Assembly (NCBI RefSeq): GCF_006345805.1
Contig: NC_043022.1
Location: 6,076,001-6,140,000 of the forward strand
Source of the DNA: Octopus sinensis
Lineage: Eukaryota
Direction: 5' to 3'
Length of the DNA stretch: 64,000 nucleotides
Positions 24,715 through 36,686 of the stretch are shown here, one piece after another; within the stretch, counting starts at the first letter, position 1, and every line of letters begins with the position of its first letter. Both the position numbers and the translations under genes were made by a program. The notes under the pieces are model-generated. The model had not been told where the DNA came from and ran no database searches. It worked only from the letters and a program-made list of their open reading frames with translations.

Positions 24715-24975
24715 ATTCTGATCTATGTAGGCTGTGGTTTGCTATCAATAAATAAATACTATAAGGGCCCAGAGCATTGATTTGCTTGGGAGCCTACTGT
24801 GTCTCAGGGCCCAATTTAGACCTATGTATGCTGTGATTTGCTGCCAATAAATAAATACTATAGGACCCAGTATATTGGGACCCTCACGGGTATAGGGGCC
24901 CACTTCAAATCTATGAATCCTCTGACTTGCTGTCAATAAATACATACTAAAGGGTCCATTGCATTGAGTTGTCTG
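24715..24975. repeat. Degenerate tandem array, 3 units of about 90-100 bp
   Basis: CTATG…TTGCT..CAATAAATA(A/C)ATACTA..GG.CC recurs, with CTATG at 24723, 24822 and 24911. Confidence 0.7.
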
Positions 24976-25943
24976 AAGGTTTATAATATGGCTAAGATGG
25001 CCCTGACCCCTTCCCTGTTAAAACTTTCTCTGAGGGTACCCTGCCTAATGCATCCTAAATAGAGGGCTTGGATCTAATGAAATGATTGTATGGGTTGGGC
25101 GGCAGGCCATAATGTTGCTGTTATTTGTGTGTGTTTAGTGGAGCCTGTGTGGGAGTGGTAACGAGATATGCTTGAGGTTTCTTGTATGTGTAGTTGTCTG
25201 TCGGACGGTGGTGGTGGTGGTTGTAGTAGTAGTAGGCAACACCAGCAGTATATTACAGTCACTAAACTAAATTTGTCTACTCATTATTGACAATACAAAA
25301 GTCACTGGGAATATTTGGACAAGGAAAAAGAAAGACTACGGTCGACAGGAAGTAGAATCCACTTGTTAAACACTCAACATACATATACATACCTACACAC
25401 ACGCACACATACCTACACACTCGCACACACACACACACACAGAGACAGACGTCAGAATGGCATATCTTTTGTGATCCTGAGAAACTGGCTTCTGAGCGCT
25501 CTTTTTCAAATGGTGGTGGTGGTTGGTTTTAAAGGAAATCACTATTAAAACATTGCAGTCGCTCACGAAAGCATGTCAACTATTTCTCCACGATGTTATG
25601 AAGCTATTTGGCAAGGAAGTCATCCAGCCCTTTATTACAACATTAGCACCTTGGACTTCGTAAAACTGGGTTCACATATCGGATTTTCTTATACAGGAAA
25701 TTTTTACCGATTGCAAACAACAAATCTTCGAGTTTGGTGACGTCCACAGGATCGTTACAAGGAAACACACACTCAAACGAAATACACACTCTTCACACAC
25801 ACACACACACACACACACAACACGCACACACAACACACACACGCGCGTGTTTGGAGTTAATCGTCAGAGAACGTTTTGATCTTATAAGATTTATGTTGAG
25901 TTTAAAACCTTCTCTTCTAATTCTCTTGTCTCTAAATCTGAAC

Positions 25944-25981
<38 letters not shown>

Positions 25982-26277
25982 GCGTGTATGATTAATGTAA
26001 ACATCTAGGTGTGTAAACTGCGATTCGTAACAGCTGACTCGAAGAGGAAGTGTGTGCACACGCATACATATATACACACATATATATATACATCCTGTTG
26101 CTCTTTCCACCAGTTGTCATATGAACTTGCAACAGGTAAACATTTGAACCTGGTCAAAAGCACCGCACCGGTCCTTCACCGCGAATCAGATCTTCCTAAA
26201 CATATACACTTATGTGGATATAATATATATATATCTACCTATATATCTGTCAGTGTATATACTAATTCTATTTCGAC

Positions 26278-26465
26278 ATGTCTTTGGAGGACAAATATTT
26301 ACCGGCCGAAACCTGGTCCCTGTCCTCGTCGTCCAGCGAGGATCTCCATGTCGGAGGCGAGGACGACGCCGGCGGAGGCGAGGACGGCGGCGGCGACAAG
26401 CGACGATCCAAAAAGAAAATGTCGCGAATTAAAAGACATTCGTCCCTCTTGAAGAAACTACTCAG
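26278..26465 (+). CDS. Candidate first coding exon MSLEDKYLPAETWSLSSSSSEDLHVGGEDDAGGGEDGGGDKRRSKKKMSRIKRHSSLLKKLL
   Basis: GC/CpG-rich non-repeat ORF with an upstream in-frame TAA. ATG has G at -3. Donor CAG|GTAGGT at 26466 (phase 2). Confidence 0.68.
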
Positions 26466-26650
26466 GTAGGTACCACTCCCAACCATGACCATCACTCCGG
26501 ACTACTTATTTTTACAACTTGAAACCGCGTTTAATTACTTCGAATAAGTTTCTTCTCTGTGACTTTCTACTTTCTACTTTCGCCTCTCCTCGTTTTATGA
26601 CTAATTCATTCACCTGTCCAGGTGTACCGGACCCCCATACTTTATTCCCC

Positions 26651-26719
<69 letters not shown>

Positions 26720-26721
<2 letters not shown>

Positions 26722-26985
26722 GCTGCTAAAAATAACAGCTAAGTCTCCCTCAGATGATCTCACCGTACCGCCGTCAGTTAAGGACAGTTTCCAGCCCGTC
26801 GCTAATGGGGTCCACCGGACGGCACTGTACCCCACCCCTCATTATTCTTATTCAAGGGTGCACCCTCACATTTATTGTGATACACTTATTTCGAAACTCC
26901 GCATGGAATGTCACTGTTGGAATGTCTTTGATCATAGGTCTTGCTTTGTTCGATCACGTCTGACCTGGGGCTAAACAACTCTCTC
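26720..26985 (+). mobile_element. Family F repeat ((AAC)n-tailed SINE/LINE 3' end), old copy
   Basis: CTGCTAAAAATAACAGCTAAGTCTCCCTC…GGAATGTCTTTGATCATAGG…CTGACCTGGGGCTAAACAAC. Related copies lie near 23870, 33300, 43820, 44240, 47040, 57090 and 58860. Confidence 0.6.
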
Positions 26986-26997
26986 TCTCTATGTATG

Positions 26998-27043
<46 letters not shown>

Positions 27044-27082
27044 CATATATATATATACATACATATATATATATATACATAC

Positions 27083-27179
<97 letters not shown>

Positions 27180-27829
27180 CATACATACATACATATATAT
27201 ATATATACATACATATATATATTATACATACATATATATATACATACATATAATATATATACATACATACATACATATATACAACCCCTATCTCAATTTG
27301 TGTATATATATATTTAATCTTCCCTTTTAAGGTCACCATATTTTCTTTCACTTCCTTTTTCCCCCACATTTCTTTTCCTTTAAAATAAATACGGTATGTT
27401 GACAAATATGTTGTGTATATATATAAGTATGCGTGCATCCTATATATATAATGTAGGTGTCTATAAAAAACACCGATGTTGGGTGTTTAAATTCGTTCGT
27501 GCTTGTCAAGATGTGTAAGTTGCCCACGCGTAAACATTTATTTCTAACGTATAATGTGTGTTTAATACACGCATTTCTAATGTGTGTGTGTGTGTGTGTA
27601 TATACACATGCATATACATACGTGTGCGTGTGTACACATGCATACGTATGGGTGTGGATGTAATCTGTCAAATTATGTAACCTTACAAAGTCGTCTAAGA
27701 TCGTTCCACATTTTCGTTTGTTCCATTTTGTCTGGATTTGGTTCAGGGTGTGTGTTTTTATTTCTATGAGTGTGTATGTGTGTGGTGATGTTTATATGTG
27801 TATGCATGTATGTGATGTGTGTGTGTGTT

Positions 27830-27990
27830 GTTTGTCAATGTATGTGTGTGTGTGTGTTTGTTTGTCAATGCATGTGTGTGTGTGTGTTGTTTGTCAATGT
27901 ATGTGTGTGTGTGTGTGTGTTGTTTGTCAATGCATGTGTGTGTGTGTGTTGTTTGTCAATGTATGTGTGTGTGTATTGTCTGTCAACGTA
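27830..27990. repeat. About 28-32-bp minisatellite, (TG)nTTGTTTGTCAATG(T/C)A x5-6
   Basis: Directly visible tandem units. Confidence 0.85.
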
Positions 27991-28364
27991 TGTGTGTGTG
28001 TTCCCTTCTTTCTCTTACGTCTTCCCACCAAAAGAAATAAAAACCAATTATTTCTCTCTCCCCCCCCCCCCATCACACCTTAAAAGCCACGCTTCGCTGA
28101 CCTTGATTCGATTTCAGCAAATAATAACATTAACAAACAATATTAAAGAAAAGGAAAAAGAAAGACAGAGAGAGAGACGGGGGGAGGGAGAGGGAAAGAG
28201 GGGAAACGTTTTGCTGAGAGAACTTCTGTTGATTCTTTTTAAAAAATTTTGACGTGAATCAAAATACGATTTTCTGATAAATCCAGAAATATTTATTAAA
28301 TGGTTTTTAGTATACATAAATGCATACATGCATATATACATACATGTCTCTGTATATACATGTA

Positions 28365-28415
<51 letters not shown>

Positions 28416-28555
28416 ATGTATTGAGCACAGAAAGGCCGAGAGAGGATCCGTCTGTGTATTTACAACTTTCACATCCTTCTTGTTTTTCTTCTTGACAAAC
28501 GGACTTGTTTAATTGTATTTACAAAACATTGTTTGTTCTCTTCCTCTCCACCATC

Positions 28556-28593
<38 letters not shown>

Positions 28594-28741
28594 CCCTCTC
28601 TTTCTCAAAGTCTGGACTTCAAGCCGAGCAACCAGCGTGCCTTCACGTAGTCATTTGATCTGCTAGAAATAACAGTCGAGTTCCCCCTTAAATCACACTT
28701 TACTACTGTCAGTATCAGATTTAGATGAAGAGAGATTACAA

Positions 28742-28964
28742 CCCTTTCATTACTGTATTTATTTTGAGATGCTCTGTTTTTTCTTTCAATTACTTTAAAT
28801 ATAACAAAGAATTTAGTAAAATAACTTCGTTATCAATTCAGCTAGTGTTAGGAACATAAATTGTGACTAAGGTTTGGTGGAAGATTTTAATTCAGAACTT
28901 TTGAAAGCAAGACATTTGTACTACAGAGCCAGAGGCAGTTTCAGCCAGGTTGGTATCAAAAGGG
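28742..28964 (+). mobile_element. piggyBac-type MITE (family P2), older copy
   Basis: CCCTTTC…AAAAGGG|TTAA. Homologous to 29050-29260. Confidence 0.72.
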
Positions 28965-29049
28965 TTAATTTGCAGATTTTGTTTGACTTGTTAGAAATAG
29001 CAGCCAAATCTTGTGCAAATTGAAGGCACATTTGACTGACTGTCTTTAA

Positions 29050-29260
29050 CCCTTTTGTTACCATATTTCTGTTGAGAGGCTCTGAGTTTTTTTCAATTAA
29101 TTTTAAATATAATAAAGAATTTAGTAAAATAACTTAGTTATCATTCAGAACATAAATTGTGACTAAGGTTTGGTGGAAGATTTTTATTCAAAATTTATGA
29201 AAACAAGACATTTGTAGTACAGAGTCAGAGCCGGTTTCAGCCGGGTTGGTCACGAAAGGG
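29050..29260 (+). mobile_element. piggyBac-type MITE (family P2)
   Basis: TTAA|CCCTTTTGTTACCA…GGTCACGAAAGGG. Confidence 0.8.
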
Positions 29261-29289
29261 TAGGTCTACGACAGTCTCAGAGCTATTAA

Positions 29290-29504
29290 CCGTTTAGCAT
29301 CCAGATTATTCTGTCAAATGTAATCCTTATTTATTCACATTGTTTTGAATTAATCTTGGATTATCTCAGGACTACAAAATGTTCATGAATCTGATCGTTT
29401 ATTTCTAGAATGACATTGTGGAGTATGTGTGAAAGGCCAAATCTGGCAGATTTGAACATAAAACAATATTTGGGTCGGAAATGGCCAGTTTAATTGCTAA
29501 AGGG
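29290..29504 (-). mobile_element. piggyBac-type MITE P1, reverse orientation
   Basis: TTAA|CCGTTTAGCAT…TGCTAAAGGG. The interior is the reverse complement of the P1 consensus. Confidence 0.75.
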
Positions 29505-30751
29505 TCAAGTTTTGACTGGAGGCCCCCTAGATTTTGAGGTCCTTAGACATCAGCTCATCAAACAAACCTTTAGATAAATCTAACATTAAATAATGTAATA
29601 TTAGCACATTATTGCTGAAAGAAAAATGGTGTGATGGCCACGACTGGAATGCCTTTGAAATGAAGTGAAAACTAAACAACTACAACTTTATCTCTTTTTA
29701 ACGAAGGTCAAATTTTGCAAATGAACAAGTTATATTAACGAGGTTTCCAATAACTGGTTTTTAGTATTGGCCCAAGGTCTGAAGGGTGGGGTGCTTAGTC
29801 ACTGTCATTGACCCCAGTGCATCACTGGTATGTTATCTTATTGACCCTGGAAGGATGAAAGGCGAAATTTACCTCGGAAGAATTTGAACCCAGGACATTA
29901 AGAGCTGGAATGAATAACGGATGGTATTTTATCCGATGGCCTAATGAGTTTTTTTTTTTTTTATCAACCGTGGAAGGATGAATAGCCAAGTTGACCTTGG
30001 AGTGTAGGGCAGATATCAGCCAACGAGTCATACTGAGTATGCTCTGGAGTTGTGACACACTTGCCATGGCACACTGACCCTACATCTGAGACAGAGCTGT
30101 TGCTATACAGACAAAACATACCTTTAGATCAGTGTTTGAAGGGAGTGCCAGCAAACCCTTCTCTCCCAAGGGTTCCTGTAAGGATTTAGAAAGGAGGAGG
30201 ACAATCCAAGATGTTTAACCCTGTAGCATTTAAACTGTCCATATTCTACTTGTTTTAAGTTCAAACTGGCCAGATCCAGCCTCTCACCTCTGCCATCATC
30301 ATCATCATCATTGTGTAGCCTATGCTTGCAGCACAATGGCGACTCTACTATAAAAGTCTCCTTAATTAAGCGCCAGTTCTCCTGCTGCCTTGCTGCCACT
30401 CCTGTCCAGCCAGCACTTCACATTGTCCATCCATTGTAGTCTTTGCCTGACTCTTGATTTTCTACTCTAAATAAACGAGTGGCTGTGTGGTAAGTAGCTT
30501 GCTAACCAACCACATGGTTCCGGGTTCAGTCCCACTGCGTGGCATCTTGGGCAAGTGTCTTCTGCTATAGCCCCGGGCCGACCAATGCCTTGTGAGTGGA
30601 TTTGGTAGACGGAAACTGAAAGAAGCCTGTCGTATATATGTATATATATATATATATAAAATATTATTAGAGACAAAACCACTATTTTGCAAAACAAACA
30701 AGGAAAGACTTAATCAATACATAAAATTTTAATAAATAGTCAAAAAAACCG

Positions 30752-30794
30752 CCACTACAATTGTTTCTTGTCTTGATCGACAATCTTCAGGTGG
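30752..30794 (-). ncRNA. Minimal type I hammerhead ribozyme motif (mirror copy)
   Basis: Exact reverse complement of 30855-30897. Confidence 0.82.
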
Positions 30795-30854
30795 ACTTCC
30801 AATAAGTTAGTTTCAAATTATGACTTCATAATTTGAAACTGACTTATTGGAAGT

Positions 30855-30897
30855 CCACCTGAAGATTGTCGATCAAGACAAGAAACAATTGTAGTGG
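30855..30897 (+). ncRNA. Minimal type I hammerhead ribozyme motif
   Basis: CCAC-CUGAAGA-UUGUC/GAUCAA/GACAA-GAAA-C-AAUU-GU-A^GUGG. All core nucleotides are present. Stem I is 4 bp, stem II is 5 bp, and stem/loop III is the palindrome ACAAUUGU. Predicted cut at 30893/30894. Confidence 0.82.
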
Positions 30898-31799
30898 CGG
30901 TTTTTTTGACTATTTATTAAAATTTTATGTATTGATTAAGTCTTTCCTTGTTTGTTTTGCAAAATAGTGGTTTTGTCTCTAATAATATTTTATAATATTT
31001 TACTATAAAATTGGATTTAATCCTAAATCTGATTTTTTTTCCCTGTAAATTTGGATTTATTCCCTAATATTTATTATTATATATATATATATATATATAT
31101 ATGTTTGTGTGTCTGTGTTTGTCCCCCTAGCATTGCTTGACAACCGATGCTGGTGTGTTTACGTCCCCGTCACTTAGCGGTTTGGCATAAGAGACCGATA
31201 GAATAAGTACTGGGCTTACAAAGAATAAGTCCCGGGGTCGATTTGCTCGACTAAAGGCGGTGCTCCAGCATGGCTGCAGTCAAATGACTGAAACAAGTAA
31301 AAGAGTAAAAAGAGTAAAATCCCATCATTGAAATCTCAAAGCTCTGAGATAATTCATGACTGATTGAAAATAAGGATTACATTTGACAGAATAATCGGAA
31401 TGGTAAAGGGTTGAATCAGCCATATCTGGTGCTTATTATATTCTACCCATTTTATGTTCAAACTGGCCAGATCTGGTCTCTCACACCTATCCTGCAATGT
31501 CATTCTAAAAATAAATAATCACATCATTGAAATCTTAAAGCTATGAGATAATCCATGATTAATTGAAAACAATGGGAATGAATAAGGATTAGATTTGACA
31601 GAATAATTTGGATGCTAAAGGGTTGAGTTGGCCGTATCTGACCAAAATATTCTTCCTGTTTTATGTTCAAAGTGGTTAAATTTGGCCCTTTACACCTGTC
31701 CTTGAATAACATTCTGAAAATAAGCAATCTCATCATTGAAATCTCAAAGCCAAGAGATAAATCTCTGACCAATTCTAAGCAATGTGAATAAATAAGTTC

Positions 31800-32093
31800 A
31801 CCAACAACAACACTGAACACCTTTTTGATCTCCACCCGTCTAACACCCGTGGACATGCCTACAAAGTCAGAAAACAACACAGCTCCCATGACTTTCGGAA
31901 ACATTTCTTCACGCTCAGAGTTGCTGAAGCATGGAACAAACTGCCTGCGTCAGTTGTTGACTGCCATGACACTGCATCCTTTAAGGCCCTCATGCTTTCC
32001 GAAATCCGTCGAAACTACACCTGATTATATATACACTTTAGATGAGTTGTAGTGCACCTGAGCACTGTACACAATTATTATTATTATTATTAT
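31800..32093 (+). mobile_element. CR1-clade LINE 3' end
   Basis: Open frame …TRGHAYKVRKQHSSHDFRKHFFTLRVAEAWNKLPASVVDCHDTASFKALM…* (stop 32022-32024) matches the CR1 ORF2 C-terminus. 3'UTR stem AGTGC/GCACT and an (ATT)n tail follow. Confidence 0.88.
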
Positions 32094-33674
32094 TTATATT
32101 CGACAGAGAAACCTGAATGTTAAACAGTTAAAAAAAAAATTTCAGATGTTTTGAACTTTTAAAATTTGCTCAAAACTACAAAGACAAAAATGAAAGGAGA
32201 ATTAAATAGGGGGCTGAGGATTTCACTAATATTTCTATGGTGACAAAGGGTGTTGTTATTGGTGGTGGCGGTGGGGGTTTAGTATTTGTTGGTTTGAGAA
32301 CCACTACCTCAAAACACTTAAAGACCACCTAACTGATAATGATGATGGAGTTGCTCACCAACACACCTCCAACCTCTCACCCACACATGCCTCCCCCCTC
32401 TCAGTCTCTCACTCCCCACCCCTCTCCTGATACTGCAGTGCTCCTTATTTTTCACAAGTGGCTGGTCACATACCCTAGTCAAACAGGACCCAACTCACTC
32501 ATCACTTCTCTCTCATCCTGTTTATCTCCTCATGCCCTTTCCACCCAGGGGCCATTACCTCCTCCCCTCTCCTTATGCCATATTTACTTAGCACCACCAA
32601 CTCACCCAAACCCCAACATTGTATTTACCTCCCTCATCTGACCTCAACACTAACCACACTTATCCAAGCCTTCTTAGTATGCCCTCCCTCTTTATTTCTA
32701 AACAAACAACATTACAGCCCCTTTTTCTTTTCCATCTAAGGGTTCCTGGTTCTAATCCAGCCTCTTGTTTTTCTCACATCCAACAACACAACTCTTGATC
32801 ATCAGACATTATTTAACCGAAATATAAGAATTGTTATGAATATTTGGAAAATCTTTTCTCATTAAAAATAAAGTTAATTAGTCATCATAAAAGAATTATA
32901 ATTGGTTTTATGTGTTGTTGTATGGCTCTGAACCAACTCTGTTTAAGCAGACTTAAAATGAAAGGCTTTCTAACCATGACCATCTCACCTATTCAGTGAA
33001 CTGAGAACCATATTGTTCATGTCCTTTTTTTAAGATGGTGAGCTGTGATTTGAGGGAGATATAGCTGCTATTTTTAGCAGATCAAGCAAGCACATAGAAG
33101 CAATTTAATCCCAACCATTTTAATTGCCATTGTGTTCGTTAGTGGAACAATTGTTAATCAGTCTTTATTAATGATTTTTTTCCCCTGCTTTTGAGACAAA
33201 GCCACAGTCTGCCTGGCTGATAACATTATGATAAAGAATTTGGAGATTTGTGTAAAAATTCTCAATGTTATTGCTTAATCCTTTAATCCAAAATCAGTAA
33301 GCAGGCCTACAATGGAAATCCTCCCAGCCATGACCATCTCAACTAAGACTAGATTTTCAAACATCCTTATTTTTTGTTCATTTTTTTTTTTGTATTTGAG
33401 GGAGATTTCAATGTTATATCTAGCAGATCAAACAATCACATCGAAGGTTCCTTGCAAAAGCTATCGTCCCACCTCAATTCAAATACTGGTTTCAAATTTA
33501 GGCACAAGGTCTGCTTCGGCCACGATTCGGATGGTGCTTTTTATGTGCCACTGGCACGGAAGCCAGTCGAGGCGGTGCTGGCATCGGCCACGATTCGGAT
33601 AGTGCTTTTTACGTACCACCAGTCCAGGGGTCCTGGCATCTGCCGGGTGCCAGTCATAGGATTGGTTCAATTTA

Positions 33675-33716
<42 letters not shown>

Positions 33717-34543
33717 GTCCATAAATTGCAGACATCACTAAATATGTCCCTAAGGGTTGTTATATTCTTTTTGATTACATAATAGGTTAGACAGGATGAT
33801 GTCTACATTACAATATTACAATAACCAATGATATGTTGTGCATGTATCGTAATATTAGGATCATGAAATTAGCATCAGCTTATCTCACTCTTTCTCATGG
33901 AATCCTAGGGTTCTGGGGGTGGAGGTGGCCCTGGTTGAGAAACACTGATTTATATAATTGAATGTCAGTTTTAAGAATGCGACTCCATTTGTTATGACCC
34001 AGCTATAGATCAGTGTGACACAATATACTTAGCCCTCACCCTAACTTGATAATAGATTGACATCACACATGTTCACTTTTATCTCTAAAAGATTACCAAG
34101 AATTATTATTAACTGGAAATTATCTTCCGTTTCACCCGTTTTTTTCATTTTATTTTTATCTGTTCACTAATGAAGAGGAATTACAATAGCACTGTTGACC
34201 ATTTTCGGTGGGGATGGGGTGAATTTGGATATGATAAGAGGAAAGGGGGAAGATTTTTGACCTGAATGTTTCCTAGAGAGTGGGCCTTGTTAAAGGCACC
34301 CAAGGCCCAGGAGGGGGATGTCGTTAAATTAAGGGAACAGCTGAAGTCTTCCAAGAATCAGACCCTCCCCTTACAATCTTCCTCACAGTTTCCATCTACA
34401 AAATTATAACTAACTAGGCATTGGTCAAATGAACCCTAGCCCTACCCAAGGGGACACACAGGTTGAGATTGAACTCAGAATTAGGTGGTTGCAAAGGAAG
34501 CTCCTTAAATGCACAGCCCTAACATTTTAACTGGCATTCCCTC

Positions 34544-34852
34544 GTTTACGACAGTGTTCCAGTTGATCCAATCAATGGAATAGCCTGCTCGTGAAATTAA
34601 GATGCAAGTGGCTGAGTACTCCACAGACGCACGTACCGTTAATGTAGTTCTCAAGGAGATTGTGAGACACAGAATGTGACAAGGCTGGCCCCCATTGAAT
34701 TACAGGTACAGCTCATTTTTGCCAGCTGAGTGGACTGGAACAATGTGGAATAAAGTGTCTTGCTCAAGGACACAATGCACCACCAGGAATTGAACTCACG
34801 ACCTTACAGTTGTGAGTTAAATGTCCCTAACCACTAAGCCATGCACCTTCAC
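34544..34852 (-). mobile_element. tRNA/CORE-type SINE family D
   Basis: Reverse complement of GTGAAGGTGCATGGCTTAGTGGTTAGG…GAGTTCAATTCC…GTGTCCTTGAGCAAGACACTT. Confidence 0.8.
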
Positions 34853-35862
34853 ACTATATTTTAGTTAAATGAAAAATAGTATAAACAATATTGTTAGTCG
34901 GTTTGATTAATGACTGATGATAATTAAGAGCCTGGCTTTTACAGACTCTACTTGAAAATCCTAAAATTTGTTATGGTTCTGTAAATAAAAACAGCAGAAT
35001 GTGAAGTTATGGGGGGCGGGGGGGGGGCTGAAGAGGAGGAAGAGGAGTACAAGAGGTGGATGTAATAAGTAAATTAAAACTGAATTATCCCCAAAGTAGG
35101 GGGTCGTAAAATGTTGTTTAGACACACATACACAGACATTCCATTCTCATTAGTTAACGAGGTGGTTCTGTACGAGAATTTGCTCTTTATTTTCATAACC
35201 ACTTTTCAAAAATTGTTTGTATTTGTGGTTTGTTTGTTTTAGATTTTTTGTTTAAGAATGGTTAATTGGTGCACACATGTGAAAGTACATCTGCCAGTGT
35301 GCACATTTGTGTCTGGAGATGGCCAACACATCACAAAAAAAAAAAGAAAGAAAACCCCCAAACAAACGAGTGTATTTAATTGTCCTGCTTGTATATATAT
35401 ATATATATATATACACTGGATTCAGTAAGTAACAGGGTGTTCCTTTGTTTGCTGAATCATTTAGAGTTAATTACACCACAATTAAATGGGCTGTCATTTC
35501 TGAATCCAAATTTCTGTCTCTGACTCACTCTGGACTCCGAAAGAATTCATATTTTGCTGATGAATACATTTTTGTTTGGTTTTTTTTGTTGTTTTTTGTT
35601 ATTTTAGTCTTTCTTTTTAAAAATATATTCCATATATTTTTAATGGTTTTTATGACTGGTAAATATTGCTGAATAAATTCTTTCTGAAGGCCGCTGCAGT
35701 AAATGCATTTCTGCATTTCTACCAGCATTTATATCCACGTACACATGCATAATAAGAGTTTGGTTAATACTGACTTTTTCATACCAATCTACCCAGAACT
35801 GCCTCTGCTTCTATGAATGCTCCAAAATATCTGCTTAATAATAACAAAGTTATTTTATTATG

Positions 35863-36210
35863 CATGAAGGGTGCATGGTTCAGTGGTTAGAGCATCAGGC
35901 TCACAGTCATGAGGTAATGAGTTCAATTCCCAGACCAGGGCTGTGTGTTGTGTTCTTGAGCAAGACACTTTATTTCACGTTGCTCCAGTTCACTCAGCTA
36001 TAGAAATGAGTTTTGATGTCAGTGGTGCCAAGCTGTATTGGCCCCTTTGCCTTTCCCTTGGATAACATCGTGGCATGGAAAGGAGGGGAGGCTGGTATGC
36101 ATGGGTGACTGTTGGTCTTCCATGAAACAACCTTGCCCAGACTTGTACCTCAGGGGGTAATTTTTCTAGGTGCAATCCCAGGGTCATTCATGCCCAAAGG
36201 GGGTCTTTAC
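35863..36210 (+). mobile_element. SINE with the family D head and CORE-like segment but a different 3' tail
   Basis: Head and TTGAGCAAGACACTTTATTTCACGTTGCTCCAG are shared with 34544-34852. The tail is unrelated. Confidence 0.72.
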
Positions 36211-36472
36211 CCCCTTTTGCCCTATTTCATCAAATTCTTCATTATTTTCAAAATCAATTGAAACAAAAGCCATGTATTTCAAGAGAAATATGATGAAAAT
36301 GGTAAAACATTTTCCTTCCCTCTTTTTTTCATTTTAATAAAGGTTAGATCAGTGGGTCTTGAGCAGGGTCCTTAAGGGTCCACACAAAATTTTATTGTTA
36401 AAATTCATGTGCAGTAAATTACTTATATTTCTACTATACACTAAATATTTTAACTTTTTATATAGAATTATA

Positions 36473-36621
36473 TAGGTGGTAAGTAGCTTGCTTATTGACC
36501 ACATGGTTCTGGGTTCAGTCTCACTGCATGGCACCTTAAGCAAGTGTCTTCTACTATAGCCTCGGGCTGACTAAAGCCTTGTGACTGGATTTGGTAGACG
36601 GAAACTGAAAGAAGCCCGTCC

Positions 36622-36686
<65 letters not shown>

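Larger units (their letters stand above)
25300..26990. promoter_or_regulatory. CpG-retaining promoter-like region around the first coding exon
   Basis: Unique sequence with visibly more CpG than the flanks, an ETS-like CAGGAAGT near 25346, and (CA)n/(CT)n tracts. Possible 5'UTR intron at 26136-26253 (CAG|GTAAAC … CTGTCAG|). Confidence 0.5.
30655..31079. mobile_element. Probable Penelope-like pLTR remnant: 340-bp palindrome (30655-30994) plus an 85-bp AT-rich extension
   Basis: Arms 30655-30823 and 30826-30994 were checked base by base: 168/169 complementary (T30808·G30841), with a CT loop. A hammerhead motif lies in each arm, and (TA)n flanks both sides. Confidence 0.8.
30477..31318 (+). mobile_element. 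Young SINE family A split in its (TA)n linker by a roughly 425-bp insert
   Basis: Head at 30477-30635, tail at about 31095-31318. Confidence 0.9.
30216..32130 (+). mobile_element. Head-to-tail array of three P1 MITE units, interrupted by SINE A, the palindromic insert and CR1
   Basis: The left end TTAACCCTGTAGCATT appears once (about 30214). Right ends (G)TAAAGGGTTGA near 31412 and 31625 are each followed directly by internal P1 sequence. A third degenerate end lies near 32130. Confidence 0.65.
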
